From the NCBI GenBank assembly GCA_963744995.1, contig CAVUWA010000001.1:64001-128000 (forward strand): a stretch of DNA of 64,000 nucleotides. Direction: 5' to 3'. The stretch comes from Candidatus Eiseniibacteriota bacterium. Lineage in GTDB: Bacteria; Eisenbacteria; RBG-16-71-46. The notes beneath the pieces were generated by a model. It worked only from the letters and a program-made list of their open reading frames with translations. It had not been told where the DNA came from and searched no databases. The position numbers and the translations under genes are program-made. Of this stretch, positions 38,067-47,080 are shown in pieces. How positions within the stretch are numbered: position 1 is the first letter of the stretch; every line of letters begins with the position of its first letter.

Positions 38067-38768
38067 CTACCGTGTCCGCTGGAACCACGCCATCAGCGAG
38101 GCCAGCAGGTTCTTGTAGGGGTAGTAGAGCGACTTGCCGAAGGTGTAGAACGATTGTCCCGCCTGACGTTCGCGCATCTGAGCCGGCACTTCGCGCAGGG
38201 TGAATCCGCGGCGCGCCAGCGCGATCAGCAGGGGCGCGTCCGGGAAGTCGTGCGGGAAGTCGTGCTGACAGACGTCCATGACCCGCTTCGAATACGCGCG
38301 GTATCCGGACGTCGTGTCCGTGACGCGTTGCCCGATCGCAAGCCGGACGACCGCCGAAAAGAGGCGCATGCCGAACCGACGTGCGAGCGGCGCATGATAA
38401 CCGCTCCGGGCGACGAAACGTGAACCGATCGAGACGTCGCAGGCGCCCTCCAGGACCGGCGCCACCACGGTCGCCAGATCGGCCGGCGCATGCTGGCCGT
38501 CGGCGTCGAACTGAACGCCCACGTCGTAACCGTGCTCCATGGCGTAGCGGAAGCCGGTCTGCAGGGCGCCGCCCACGCCCAGGTTGAACGCATGGCGGGC
38601 CACCCGGGCGCCTTCGGCGCGCGCGAGGTCCGCGGTGCCGTCGCTGGATCCGTCGTCCACCACCAGCACGTCCCCGGGCGGGTGCACGGCGCGCAGCTCG
38701 GCGAGCGTCGCCGGCAGGCTCTCCGCCTCGTCGTGGGCGGGCACGATCACCAGGACGCGCCCGCTCAT
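38067..38768 (-). CDS. GT2 polyprenol-phosphate glycosyltransferase
   Basis: IVPAHDE, VVDDGSSDGT, NLGVGGALQTGF, QFDADGQH, IGSRF, DTTSGYRA. Confidence 0.92.
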   Translation of the reverse strand: MSGRVLVIVPAHDEAESLPATLAELRAVHPPGDVLVVDDGSSDGTADLARAEGARVARHAFNLGVGGALQTGFRYAMEHGYDVGVQFDADGQHAPADLATVVAPVLEGACDVSIGSRFVARSGYHAPLARRFGMRLFSAVVRLAIGQRVTDTTSGYRAYSKRVMDVCQHDFPHDFPDAPLLIALARRGFTLREVPAQMRERQAGQSFYTFGKSLYYPYKNLLASLMAWFQRTR

Positions 38769-40342
38769 GCCGGCCGCCGTGCTTCGAAGCGGCTCGCAAA
38801 GCGGTCCGCCACCACGACCACGCCGTCACGCATGCGCCGCGCCCAGTTCTGCCTGAGTGGCAGCGAGGCCAGCTTGTACAGGTCGTAGCGGGTCACCTGG
38901 TGCAGCGCGAAGATCGCGACGACCGCGCCCGGCACGAGCGCGATCCGCAGCGCGATGCCGGCCGCGCCGCCGATCACCTCGCTGCCGAGCCAGGAGAGCG
39001 CAAGCGCGATCCCCAGCCAGAGCGGATTGAGCAGCGCGACCCGCGCCCGCTCGGTGCCGCCTTCCGGGAAGACGCGGTTGAGCAGCCAGTGCGATACGGC
39101 GTAGGCGCCGGCCGCGCCGAACGCCGCCGCCACGGCGGCGCCGGTGACGCCCCACAGCGGCAGGAACACCAGGTAGGACCCGAACTCCAGCACGAAACGC
39201 AGCAGGGCGAGCCACAACACCGCGCCGGGGCGGCGCAGCGCCTGGAACAACATCGCCATCGGCTGCTGCGCGGTGCGCGCCATGGGCACGAGCGCCATGA
39301 TGCGCACGATCGGCACCGCCGGCTCGAACAGCGGCGAGGCGACGAACAGCGTGATTTCCCGAGCGAACGCGAAGATCACGAACGAGAGCAGGCATGCCGC
39401 CACCTGGATCAGCCGGAATGCCTGATCGAAAATGTCGGCGAGACGGGCGCGCTCGTCGCGGGCGACCAGGTGGGTCAGGGAAGGCAGCAGGGCCAGCGGC
39501 ACCGTCTGCGCCAGGTCCACGAACCGTTCGATCATCTGGAAGGCGAACGAGAAATAGCCGACCGCGATCGCCGAGAAAAACTTGCCGAGCAGGATCTTGC
39601 CGAGGTTCTGCCCCGCTGCGGTCATCGCGCGCGCGCCGAAGAGCGGTGTCGTGTAGCCGAGGATCGTGCGCAACAGCGAACGCGGCGGGCGCTCGTCACC
39701 GGTGTCCGCATCCACCGAGCGGCGCAACGCCCAGAACGAAGCGATCCACAGGGCGAGACCCTGCGCCAGCGAGAACGAGGCGATGCCGATGGCGAACGCG
39801 AGCAACCCCTGGCGCGTCCACCACAGCACGCCGACGAGCACGATCTTCGCCGCGTGGAAAGCGACCGCGACGAGGAACAGGGCCCGGAATCGCTGCAGGC
39901 CGAAGAGCGTGGAGCGGCCGGTGGTCGTGAGTCCGTCGAATGCCACCAGCAGCGCGAACCAGGGCAGCAGCAGGTGCAGGTCGGGGGCATCGAACTGGGC
40001 CGCGAGCGGCGCGGCCAGCAGGATCAGCGCGCCCGCCGCCAGACCGCCGAGCAGCAGCTTGAGGATCAGCGCGAGCCGGAGCGAGCGACGCAACGTGTGC
40101 ATCCAGCCACGGGCCTTGTACTCGGCGGCGTAGCGCTCCAGGAAGATCTCGAAGTTGCCGGTGACCAGCGTCGCGATCCCGGTGATCCCGAGCGCGATCG
40201 ACATGATGCCGTACTTGGTGGGGCCCAGCCAGCGCAGCAGCAGGGCGAAATACATGAGTCCCGAGAGCAGTGCGGCGACGCGCTCGAGCGACAGGTAGAA
40301 GGCGCCGCGGCTGACGCTTTCGGCGATCTGGCCGGGCTTCAC
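38765..40342 (-). CDS. wzx: Oligosaccharide flippase (Wzx/MOP family)
   Basis: LLRWLGPTKYG, VGYFSFA, ALLPSL, WGVTGAA; about 14 TM helices. AGGAG precedes GTG 40342. Confidence 0.85.
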   Translation of the reverse strand: MKPGQIAESVSRGAFYLSLERVAALLSGLMYFALLLRWLGPTKYGIMSIALGITGIATLVTGNFEIFLERYAAEYKARGWMHTLRRSLRLALILKLLLGGLAAGALILLAAPLAAQFDAPDLHLLLPWFALLVAFDGLTTTGRSTLFGLQRFRALFLVAVAFHAAKIVLVGVLWWTRQGLLAFAIGIASFSLAQGLALWIASFWALRRSVDADTGDERPPRSLLRTILGYTTPLFGARAMTAAGQNLGKILLGKFFSAIAVGYFSFAFQMIERFVDLAQTVPLALLPSLTHLVARDERARLADIFDQAFRLIQVAACLLSFVIFAFAREITLFVASPLFEPAVPIVRIMALVPMARTAQQPMAMLFQALRRPGAVLWLALLRFVLEFGSYLVFLPLWGVTGAAVAAAFGAAGAYAVSHWLLNRVFPEGGTERARVALLNPLWLGIALALSWLGSEVIGGAAGIALRIALVPGAVVAIFALHQVTRYDLYKLASLPLRQNWARRMRDGVVVVADRFASRFEARRPA

Positions 40343-40489
40343 ATCCGGCTCCTGCGTCCAGCCTGCCCGGGTGCAGGCGGCGCGCCCGCGATCGATCGCG
40401 AGATCCCCGTATGGCCGGGGCCGGCGGAAGTACGACCGAGCGACAGGGCGGCCACGATGGCTCGGGGGATCATCACATGCGAGGGCGGC

Positions 40490-41284
40490 CTAAATCCGCC
40501 GATAGAGAAACTCGGGAATCTCCAGCCGGCGCCGGTTGAGCACGCTGCCGATGAGCTGGGCGCGGGCCTTGCGCAGGAGATCGGTCGCCCGATGCAGCAC
40601 GGGGCGCTTGGTGCGGCCGGCCTCGATCACCACCACCACACCGTCGGCGATCGCGGCCAGACCGGGTGCGTCCGGCGCTTCGAGCACCGGCGGGCCGTCG
40701 AGAATGACCCAGTCGTAGCCCGCCGCAACGGCGTCCAGCCACTCGCGCGCGGCGGAAGCGGCGATCACGCCCGCCGTGCGGGCCGCCTCGGGAACCGGCA
40801 GCACGTCGAGACTCGCCTGCGCCGCTCCCGACTGGATCGGCTGGATGCCCGGCGTCAGTTCGGCCGGAGCCATGCCGAGGTGCTCCACGAACGGCGACGG
40901 CCGCCGCGCGTTCAGGTCCATGAGCAGAACACGGTGCTGCCCGTTCCGTGCGAGGACCGATGCGAACTGCGCGGCCACGGTGCTCGTGCCCTCGCCGCGC
41001 TGGGCGCTCATCAGCATGACCGTGCGCGGGCTGCGGCCCCCCAGCGTGGATTCCAGCGTCATGCGCAGCGCCGTCATTTCGCGGACGATGTCCTCGGGCA
41101 GCTCCATCGCGCCTTCAGCGGCCCGCGGCGCGATGCCCAGCCGCGCGGCGGCCGTCATCGACATGGCGGCACTCGCAGCGCCGGACGGCGCGTGCCCGCG
41201 CAGCGGCTGAACGGGGGGCGCGGGGGGCGCCGCAGGGGAACGGGCCACGCGGGACTTCTTGAGCGCTTCGAAGATGCGGGTCAT
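40490..41284 (-). CDS. CpsD/CapB-family BY-kinase-like protein (stand-alone Wzc kinase domain) with degenerate Walker A
   Basis: SAQRGEGTST, LLMDLNARRP, YDWVILDGPPV, ADGVVVVIEAGRT, GSVLN. Confidence 0.85.
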   Translation of the reverse strand: MTRIFEALKKSRVARSPAAPPAPPVQPLRGHAPSGAASAAMSMTAAARLGIAPRAAEGAMELPEDIVREMTALRMTLESTLGGRSPRTVMLMSAQRGEGTSTVAAQFASVLARNGQHRVLLMDLNARRPSPFVEHLGMAPAELTPGIQPIQSGAAQASLDVLPVPEAARTAGVIAASAAREWLDAVAAGYDWVILDGPPVLEAPDAPGLAAIADGVVVVIEAGRTKRPVLHRATDLLRKARAQLIGSVLNRRRLEIPEFLYRRI

Positions 41285-41308
41285 GGGATGTGAATCTCCT
41301 GGAAGCGA

Positions 41309-42709
41309 TTAACGGACGGCGCGCTTGCGGCGCTCGGTCAGCGTGGCGAGAACGGGGAGCTCGACGACTTCCTCGGCGTGCCGCGCGGTGCGCACGGTGA
41401 GGTCGAGGCCGTCGACGAAGAATGCGAGCCCGATGCCGACCACGATGCTGAAGGCCGGAGCGAGCGCGAGACGCACGTAGTCGAGAGCGTGGACGGGTCG
41501 CGCGGGACCGGCCGACTCGAGCAGCATGACGTTGACCTGCGAAGAGGTATTTTCGGTCACCAGCGCCTGGTCGCGTTTCTCGGTGAGATCCTGCTGGCGT
41601 CGCTTGAGGACATCGATCTTGCGATCCATCATCGCCAGCCGCGCGCCCGTTTCGGGCATCGTCTTGAGATCCGCCTTGAGGGAGGCGATGTCGTCGTCGA
41701 TCACGGCGATCCGTGACTGGATCTGGTCGACCCGCGCGGTGGCCATTTCGACGCGCCCGTTGAGCTCATGCGTGAGCAACTCCTTCAACTGGTCCAGCGT
41801 CTTCTTCGCGTTCACCACGTCCACGGCCTCGTCGCGTAGCCGCTCGCGCAGCGCGGCGAGTTGCGCCTCCTGATCCACCACCCGGCGCTTGAGGTCGACG
41901 ATCGACATTTCCTGCGGGAACATCGCCGCGAACTTCGCGAGATCCACGTCGGGCCGGTCTGCGAGGGACCGGATCTGCGAAAGCAGGGTCTTCGCCTCGG
42001 CGAGATCGGCCGAGGCCAGGCTGCGCCTGCGCTCGAGATCGGCGAGTTGACCGATCAGGCTGCGGTTCTCCTCCACCACGTCGATCACGCCCGAGCGGTC
42101 GGCGAAGTCGCGCCGCATCTCCGTCCAGTACTTGAGATCCGCGTCGACCTGCTTCATCTGGGTTTCGAAGAACTCGCGCGTATAGGCCGGCGTCAGATCG
42201 CGCTCGCGAAACTCGACGTAGGCGCGGATCACGGCGTTGCAGACCTTGCGCGCAACGCCCGGATCGGCGTCCACGTAGCCGATCGCCATGACGTTGCTCT
42301 TGCCTTTGACCTCGGCGTCCACCGCCCCGGGGTCCACGGCCAGCGTGTCGCCGCCGTCCGCCTCGGCCGCGAGGATCTCGCGGGCGCGCCGGATCACTGG
42401 CTCGCTCTTCACGATCTCCATCTCGGTGCCGAGTGCCTGCTCCCAGTCGTCCAGCCGCTGCCGGCTGGGCATCATGAGGCTCTGGCGCTCGCCGCTCTTC
42501 ACGTAGACGCCGCCCGCGGAGATGTAGCTCTTCGGCGTGGTCAACGTGAGCACGGCCACTGTGGCCGTGGTCACCGCGAACAGCCCGATCACGATCCACT
42601 TGCGCCGGAACAGGATCGCGGAGAACTCGCGCAGCGTGGTCTGGCGGACCGCACCTCCCGACCCGTTGCCGTTGCCACCCTGGGGTGCGTTGGGATCGTA
42701 CTGGCTCAC
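41309..42709 (-). CDS. Polysaccharide co-polymerase (Wzz/GumC, Wzc N-terminal half)
   Basis: TLREFSAILFRRKW + TM, PKSYIS, long coiled coil, proline motif + second TM, LDLTVRT...LPVLATL. GAGG precedes GTG 42709. Confidence 0.87.
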   Translation of the reverse strand: MSQYDPNAPQGGNGNGSGGAVRQTTLREFSAILFRRKWIVIGLFAVTTATVAVLTLTTPKSYISAGGVYVKSGERQSLMMPSRQRLDDWEQALGTEMEIVKSEPVIRRAREILAAEADGGDTLAVDPGAVDAEVKGKSNVMAIGYVDADPGVARKVCNAVIRAYVEFRERDLTPAYTREFFETQMKQVDADLKYWTEMRRDFADRSGVIDVVEENRSLIGQLADLERRRSLASADLAEAKTLLSQIRSLADRPDVDLAKFAAMFPQEMSIVDLKRRVVDQEAQLAALRERLRDEAVDVVNAKKTLDQLKELLTHELNGRVEMATARVDQIQSRIAVIDDDIASLKADLKTMPETGARLAMMDRKIDVLKRRQQDLTEKRDQALVTENTSSQVNVMLLESAGPARPVHALDYVRLALAPAFSIVVGIGLAFFVDGLDLTVRTARHAEEVVELPVLATLTERRKRAVR

Positions 42710-42710
42710 G

Positions 42711-43478
42711 TCAGTTCCTCGCGACCACGACGTTGTTGCTGCGATCGAACAGTTCCCACCCGAGCAGCGCGCTGCTGAGCGCATACTGGGTGGAGCCGAA
42801 GAAGCTGCGGGCGAAGACGGCGATGTTGCCCACCGTCGACCGCGGCACGTAGACGATGTCGAAACGCGAGAGCGGCGCGTCCACCGACAGGTCGGCCGAC
42901 TTGATGGCCTTGTCCACCTGGATCCGCCTCACTCGGACCGTGTTCGCCCCGTCGCGATGGAACACGAGCACGCTGTTGCGTGACGCGTCGTCCTCGAACC
43001 CGCCGGCCATCGCCACTGCCTGCAGCACCGTCACGAACGGACCGGCATCGTACGAGCCGGGCTTACGCACGCTGCCGAGCACGTGCACCTGATTCCCGGC
43101 CAGCTTGGCGACCTCGACCACCACCCGCGGCTCGATCTGCTCGCGGCTCAGGAGGTCCACCAGGTCCTGCTCGAGCGCGGACGTCGTCTTCCCCGCCGCG
43201 ATCACGTCGCCCACCGGGAACACGGTGATGCGGCCGTCGGGCCGCACGAGCACCGTGCGCACGACGTCGCGATAGGGTGGGGTCGTGCCCGGGCCGAAGT
43301 TCAGGTTGAGCTCATCCCCGGGAACGATCCGGTACTGCGGCACCGAGGCCCAGTCGAGACCCACCGTGTCGGCGGGCGCCTCCACGGGGTTCTGGGCGGC
43401 CGCCTCTCCAGCGAGAGGTCCCAGGGCCAGAACGAAGGCCAGCGAAGCGATCGCGAAACAGCGAAGCCGAGGGTGCAT
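42711..43478 (-). CDS. wza: Polysaccharide export (OPX/Wza family) protein
   Basis: YRIVPGDEL, VRPDGRITVFPVGDVIAAGKT, VHVLGSVRKPG (SLBB), QAVAMAGGF, DIVYVP; N-terminal signal peptide. Confidence 0.9.
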   Translation of the reverse strand: MHPRLRCFAIASLAFVLALGPLAGEAAAQNPVEAPADTVGLDWASVPQYRIVPGDELNLNFGPGTTPPYRDVVRTVLVRPDGRITVFPVGDVIAAGKTTSALEQDLVDLLSREQIEPRVVVEVAKLAGNQVHVLGSVRKPGSYDAGPFVTVLQAVAMAGGFEDDASRNSVLVFHRDGANTVRVRRIQVDKAIKSADLSVDAPLSRFDIVYVPRSTVGNIAVFARSFFGSTQYALSSALLGWELFDRSNNVVVARN

Positions 43479-43710
43479 GAAATGAAAAGATCCCCTGTTC
43501 CGGACGGGAATGGGGGATCCGTCGCCACAGACGGACCCCGAGGTTCACGGACGCTTGGCGGTGGCATCGTTCGCGCTGGCGCTCGGACCCACCGGGAGGG
43601 GCAATCGACTCAGCCGACCTGCCCCGAATGGTAACGAAAGGGCGTCTCTTGGAACCTCCGGACCTCGATCTGTCACAAGCCGCAAGTCGCGGCACTGCAA
43701 GGCGAAGGGA

Positions 43711-43740
43711 AGTATAGAGAGTGCCCTTGGAGCGTGTCAA
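43711..43740 (-). promoter_or_regulatory. Near-consensus sigma70 promoter of the wza operon
   Basis: Minus strand TTGACA-N18-TATACT, ~230 nt upstream of the wza ATG. Confidence 0.7.
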
Positions 43741-43923
43741 TCGCGGACTTCGCGACCGGGCTCCGCCCCTCCAATCACGCAATCGACGTGCCGGGACGGA
43801 CATCGAGGGCCGCAGGCGACGTGCGGGTCCGATGCGCGCTCCGGTCGGCGGGTCCGGCGGGAGGCGGCAGGCGGCCGGCGGCCCGGTGTCAGGCTGGCGG
43901 GCGGGTCGGCCCTGGCCCGGGGA

Positions 43924-44883
43924 TCAGGCGCCCGTGCGCGGGCCCGCCGCCTCGAGCACGGCGGCGCTGAAGAGCGGCAGCAGGATCTCGTGATGCCCGG
44001 TGATCGCCAGACCGCGTCCGCCCGCGGCCCGGGTCGGCCGCTCCACCAGGTTCACCCGGGGACGGTAGTGCTGGATCTGGTCGAAGTTCACCGTCGTGAG
44101 CCCGTCGAGGTCGGCGCCCAGATTGCGGGCGACCGAAAGCGCCTTGAGGAACACCTCGGGCATGATCACGGCCGAGCCGAAGTTGAGGATCGCCGCGCCG
44201 CGCGCTTCGGCCAGCGTGGCCGCAAGAATGCGGAAGTCACGCAACGAGGTGGCGCCGAGCGCCCCGCCGTCGCAGGCGGGGTGATGGTGGATCGTGTCGG
44301 TGCCGATCGCCACGTGCACCGTCGCCGGCAGCCCGAGTCGCGCCGCGGTGGCGAGCAGGCTCACATCCGCGTGCGGCGGCCGCGCGTCGCCGAGCGCACG
44401 GCCGTAGGCCTCGCCAAGGCCCTCGCCGCGCCGTGCGCCTTCGGCCATGGCCGCGTTCATGAAGTCGCCGGTTTCGTCGACCATGCCGAACCTGCCGGCG
44501 TGGAGCTGCGCCTCGACGTCCTCCGACGTGCGCCCCTGCCGTGCGATCTCGACGTCGTGGATCGCCGCGGCGCCGTTCATCGCGATGTGGGTGACGATGC
44601 CGCGCTCCATGAGCGCGATCAGGCACGGTGACACGCCGACCTTCACCACGTGGCCGCCGAGCATCGCCACCACCGGACGGCCACCCTGATGCGCGGCCAC
44701 CGTGCGCGCGATCGCCTCGCGCAGCACGCGTGCGCCGAGCTGATCGGGCAGCGCGGCGAGCACCTCGGCCGCCGCGGCCGGTCGCAGCGGCTTCGCGAAG
44801 TCGGCCACCGAGACGCGCGTCGGGCGGTCGGCGACCGAGCCGACCGCGAGACGCGAGAGGTCGGCTTCGCGGAAGCGGCTCAT
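43924..44883 (-). CDS. Uncharacterised alpha/beta protein, deoxyhypusine-synthase-like fold suspected
   Basis: Clean 319-aa ORF with ATGA overlap. Motifs MLGGHVVKVG, THIAMNGAAAIHD, TVHVAIGTD, NFGSAVIMPEVFLKA and GHHEILLP recall the DHS-like layout; function unknown. Confidence 0.6.
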   Translation of the reverse strand: MSRFREADLSRLAVGSVADRPTRVSVADFAKPLRPAAAAEVLAALPDQLGARVLREAIARTVAAHQGGRPVVAMLGGHVVKVGVSPCLIALMERGIVTHIAMNGAAAIHDVEIARQGRTSEDVEAQLHAGRFGMVDETGDFMNAAMAEGARRGEGLGEAYGRALGDARPPHADVSLLATAARLGLPATVHVAIGTDTIHHHPACDGGALGATSLRDFRILAATLAEARGAAILNFGSAVIMPEVFLKALSVARNLGADLDGLTTVNFDQIQHYRPRVNLVERPTRAAGGRGLAITGHHEILLPLFSAAVLEAAGPRTGA

Positions 44884-45764
44884 CCCGCCGTGTTCCTGTA
44901 TTCCTGCAGCATCACGCTCACGGATCCGATCGTCACCTTGCTCTTCATGAGCACCGGCATGCGCCGTTCGTCGTCGGTCAGCCAGATCACCAGCCGTCCC
45001 TCATTGCGGAAAATACCGCCCGCACGCAGCACCGGTTCGACCACGACGCAGTCGAATTCGCCGGCCGGCACCTTCACGCGCTCGCGCCCGATGATCTTGA
45101 CCTCGAGCGGCTTGTTCTTCTTGCTCGCATGATAGTCGAAGACGATGCTGCCGCCGACCGGAAGGGCCTGATAACGGGTGTAGTAGAACGACGACAGCGC
45201 ATCCTGGACGTCCGGTGGCACCGGGTAGGTCTCGCCGTCGCCGTAGGTGGCGACGCGCCTGTCGTGGTCGAAGCGGATCTCGGTCTCGGTCCTGTGGCCG
45301 CCCTCGCGGCGATGCTCCTCGTACCGCAACGAATAGTGTCCATCGCGGTCCCACCAGGAGTCGATCCGGTTGCGGACCTTGTAGAAACGGCTGATGAACC
45401 CGTTCGACTCGGCGCGCGCCAGCAGGTGCAGCGCCGGCCGCCCGTCGATGTCCTTGACCTCCGGCACCTCGAGGTAGGCGTTGCCGCCGTTGATGATGCC
45501 CCAGTTCACCGCGAACTTGAGGTATTCCCCCGGCTGCACCGGGTTTTTCGGTGCCGGGATGACGTCCTGCTGTCCGGGCGCGGGCAGCATGACCGACGAG
45601 GTGATGTCCTCGTCGGCGACGTCGGCGCCGGGCGGCGGCGGCGGAATGGAGGCGCCGGTCGCGAAGATGGCCAGCAGCACCACGAGCGGAAGGCCCATGC
45701 GGCGCCACTGGAACCCTGCTGGCCGGCGGTCTCGGCTGCCTCTACAATGCCGGAAATCAGTCAT
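44880..45764 (-). CDS. DUF3108 domain-containing exported protein
   Basis: PGEYLKFAVNWG, FYKVRNRIDSW, QDALSSFYY.R, ERVKVPAGEFDC, IWLTDDERRMPV. The true start may be the later Met (MGLPLVVLLA signal peptide). Confidence 0.8.
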   Translation of the reverse strand: MTDFRHCRGSRDRRPAGFQWRRMGLPLVVLLAIFATGASIPPPPPGADVADEDITSSVMLPAPGQQDVIPAPKNPVQPGEYLKFAVNWGIINGGNAYLEVPEVKDIDGRPALHLLARAESNGFISRFYKVRNRIDSWWDRDGHYSLRYEEHRREGGHRTETEIRFDHDRRVATYGDGETYPVPPDVQDALSSFYYTRYQALPVGGSIVFDYHASKKNKPLEVKIIGRERVKVPAGEFDCVVVEPVLRAGGIFRNEGRLVIWLTDDERRMPVLMKSKVTIGSVSVMLQEYRNTAG

Positions 45765-45823
45765 GACTCTCCGTGGTACGCAAGTCGGGTGCCGCGGATT
45801 CCGTCGCAGCCGATGAGGTGACT

Positions 45824-47035
45824 ATGTCGTCCAGCCAACCCACTGTCAAACCCATGCTTGCGCCATCCGAGCGACTCCTGAACGTGCCGCCCTACGCCCT
45901 CGCCAAGGTGTTCCAGGATCGCGACGAGAAGCTGCAACAAGGCGTCGATATCATCGACCTCGGCGTCGGCAATCCGGACCTGCGGCCGCCGCAGCGCGCC
46001 GTCGACGCGCTCAAGGCCGCGGTGGACGACCTCGAGGTGCAGAACCACCGTTATCCGTCCTTCACCGGGCTGCCAGAATTCCACGACGGCATCGCCGCCT
46101 GGTACCGGAACCGCTTCGGCGTCGCGCTGCAGCCGATGCGCGACACGCTGCCGCTGATCGGCTCGAAGGAAGGCATCGCGAAGCTGTTCCTGGGCCACAC
46201 CAATCCCGGCGACACCGTTCTGATGTGCACGCCGTGCTATCCGGCCTATCTGGGCGTCGCCGCGCTGGCACAGCTCGACATGGTCGAGGTCCCGCTCCTC
46301 GAGGAGAACGAATGGCGCCCGGATCTGAGCGCCATTCCGGAGGACGTCGCGCGCCGCGCAAAGATGATCTGCATCAACTTCCCCGGCAATCCCACCGGCG
46401 GCGTCGAGACCCGCGAATTCTACGAGCAGCTGCTGGCGTTCGCGCGCCGCTTCGAGCTGTTCGTGATCTCCGACATCGCCTACTGCGATCTGTCGCTCGA
46501 TCCCTCCTATCGTGCGATGTCGTTCCTCGAGGTGGATCGCGAGCGCGAGCGCACGGTCGAGTTCCACTCGTTCTCCAAGTCCTACTCGATGCAGGGCTGG
46601 CGCGTCGGATTCGCCGCCGGGAACAGTCAGGTGATCGCGAATCTGCTGAAGATCAAGTCGAACATGGACTTCAGCGTGTTCATGGCGATCCAGCGCGCCG
46701 CACTGGCCGTCCTGACCGGGCCGCAGGACTACGTGCGCGAAGCGTCGATGGTCTACCGCGCACGGCGCGACGCGTTCATCGAGGGCGTGCACGGGCTCGG
46801 CTACCCGGTGAAGCCGCCGCGCGCGGCGCTCTACGTGTGGCTGCCGATTCCGCCGCGCTTTCCGAACTCGCTCGAGTTCACGGCCGCGCTGCTCGACAGG
46901 ACCGGCGTCCTGGTCGCGCCCGGCAGCGGTTTCGGCAGGGCCGGCGAAGGCTACGTGCGGATCGCGCTGTGCGTCGCCGAGTCGCGCCTGCGTGAAGCGG
47001 CGGCGCGCATGGCGGAAGCCGACTTCCACTTCTGA
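45824..47035 (+). CDS. Class I/II PLP aminotransferase (AlaC/LL-diaminopimelate aminotransferase-like)
   Basis: IDLGVGNPD, IGSKEGI, NFPGNPTG, DIAY, HSFSKSYSMQGWRVGF, PGSGFG..GEGYVRIAL. GAGGTG precedes ATG 45824. Confidence 0.9.
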   Translation: MSSSQPTVKPMLAPSERLLNVPPYALAKVFQDRDEKLQQGVDIIDLGVGNPDLRPPQRAVDALKAAVDDLEVQNHRYPSFTGLPEFHDGIAAWYRNRFGVALQPMRDTLPLIGSKEGIAKLFLGHTNPGDTVLMCTPCYPAYLGVAALAQLDMVEVPLLEENEWRPDLSAIPEDVARRAKMICINFPGNPTGGVETREFYEQLLAFARRFELFVISDIAYCDLSLDPSYRAMSFLEVDRERERTVEFHSFSKSYSMQGWRVGFAAGNSQVIANLLKIKSNMDFSVFMAIQRAALAVLTGPQDYVREASMVYRARRDAFIEGVHGLGYPVKPPRAALYVWLPIPPRFPNSLEFTAALLDRTGVLVAPGSGFGRAGEGYVRIALCVAESRLREAAARMAEADFHF

Positions 47036-47080
47036 TCGGGGTGCCGCGCGTGCGAGCGCGCGCGGCGCGACCCCGCCTGC

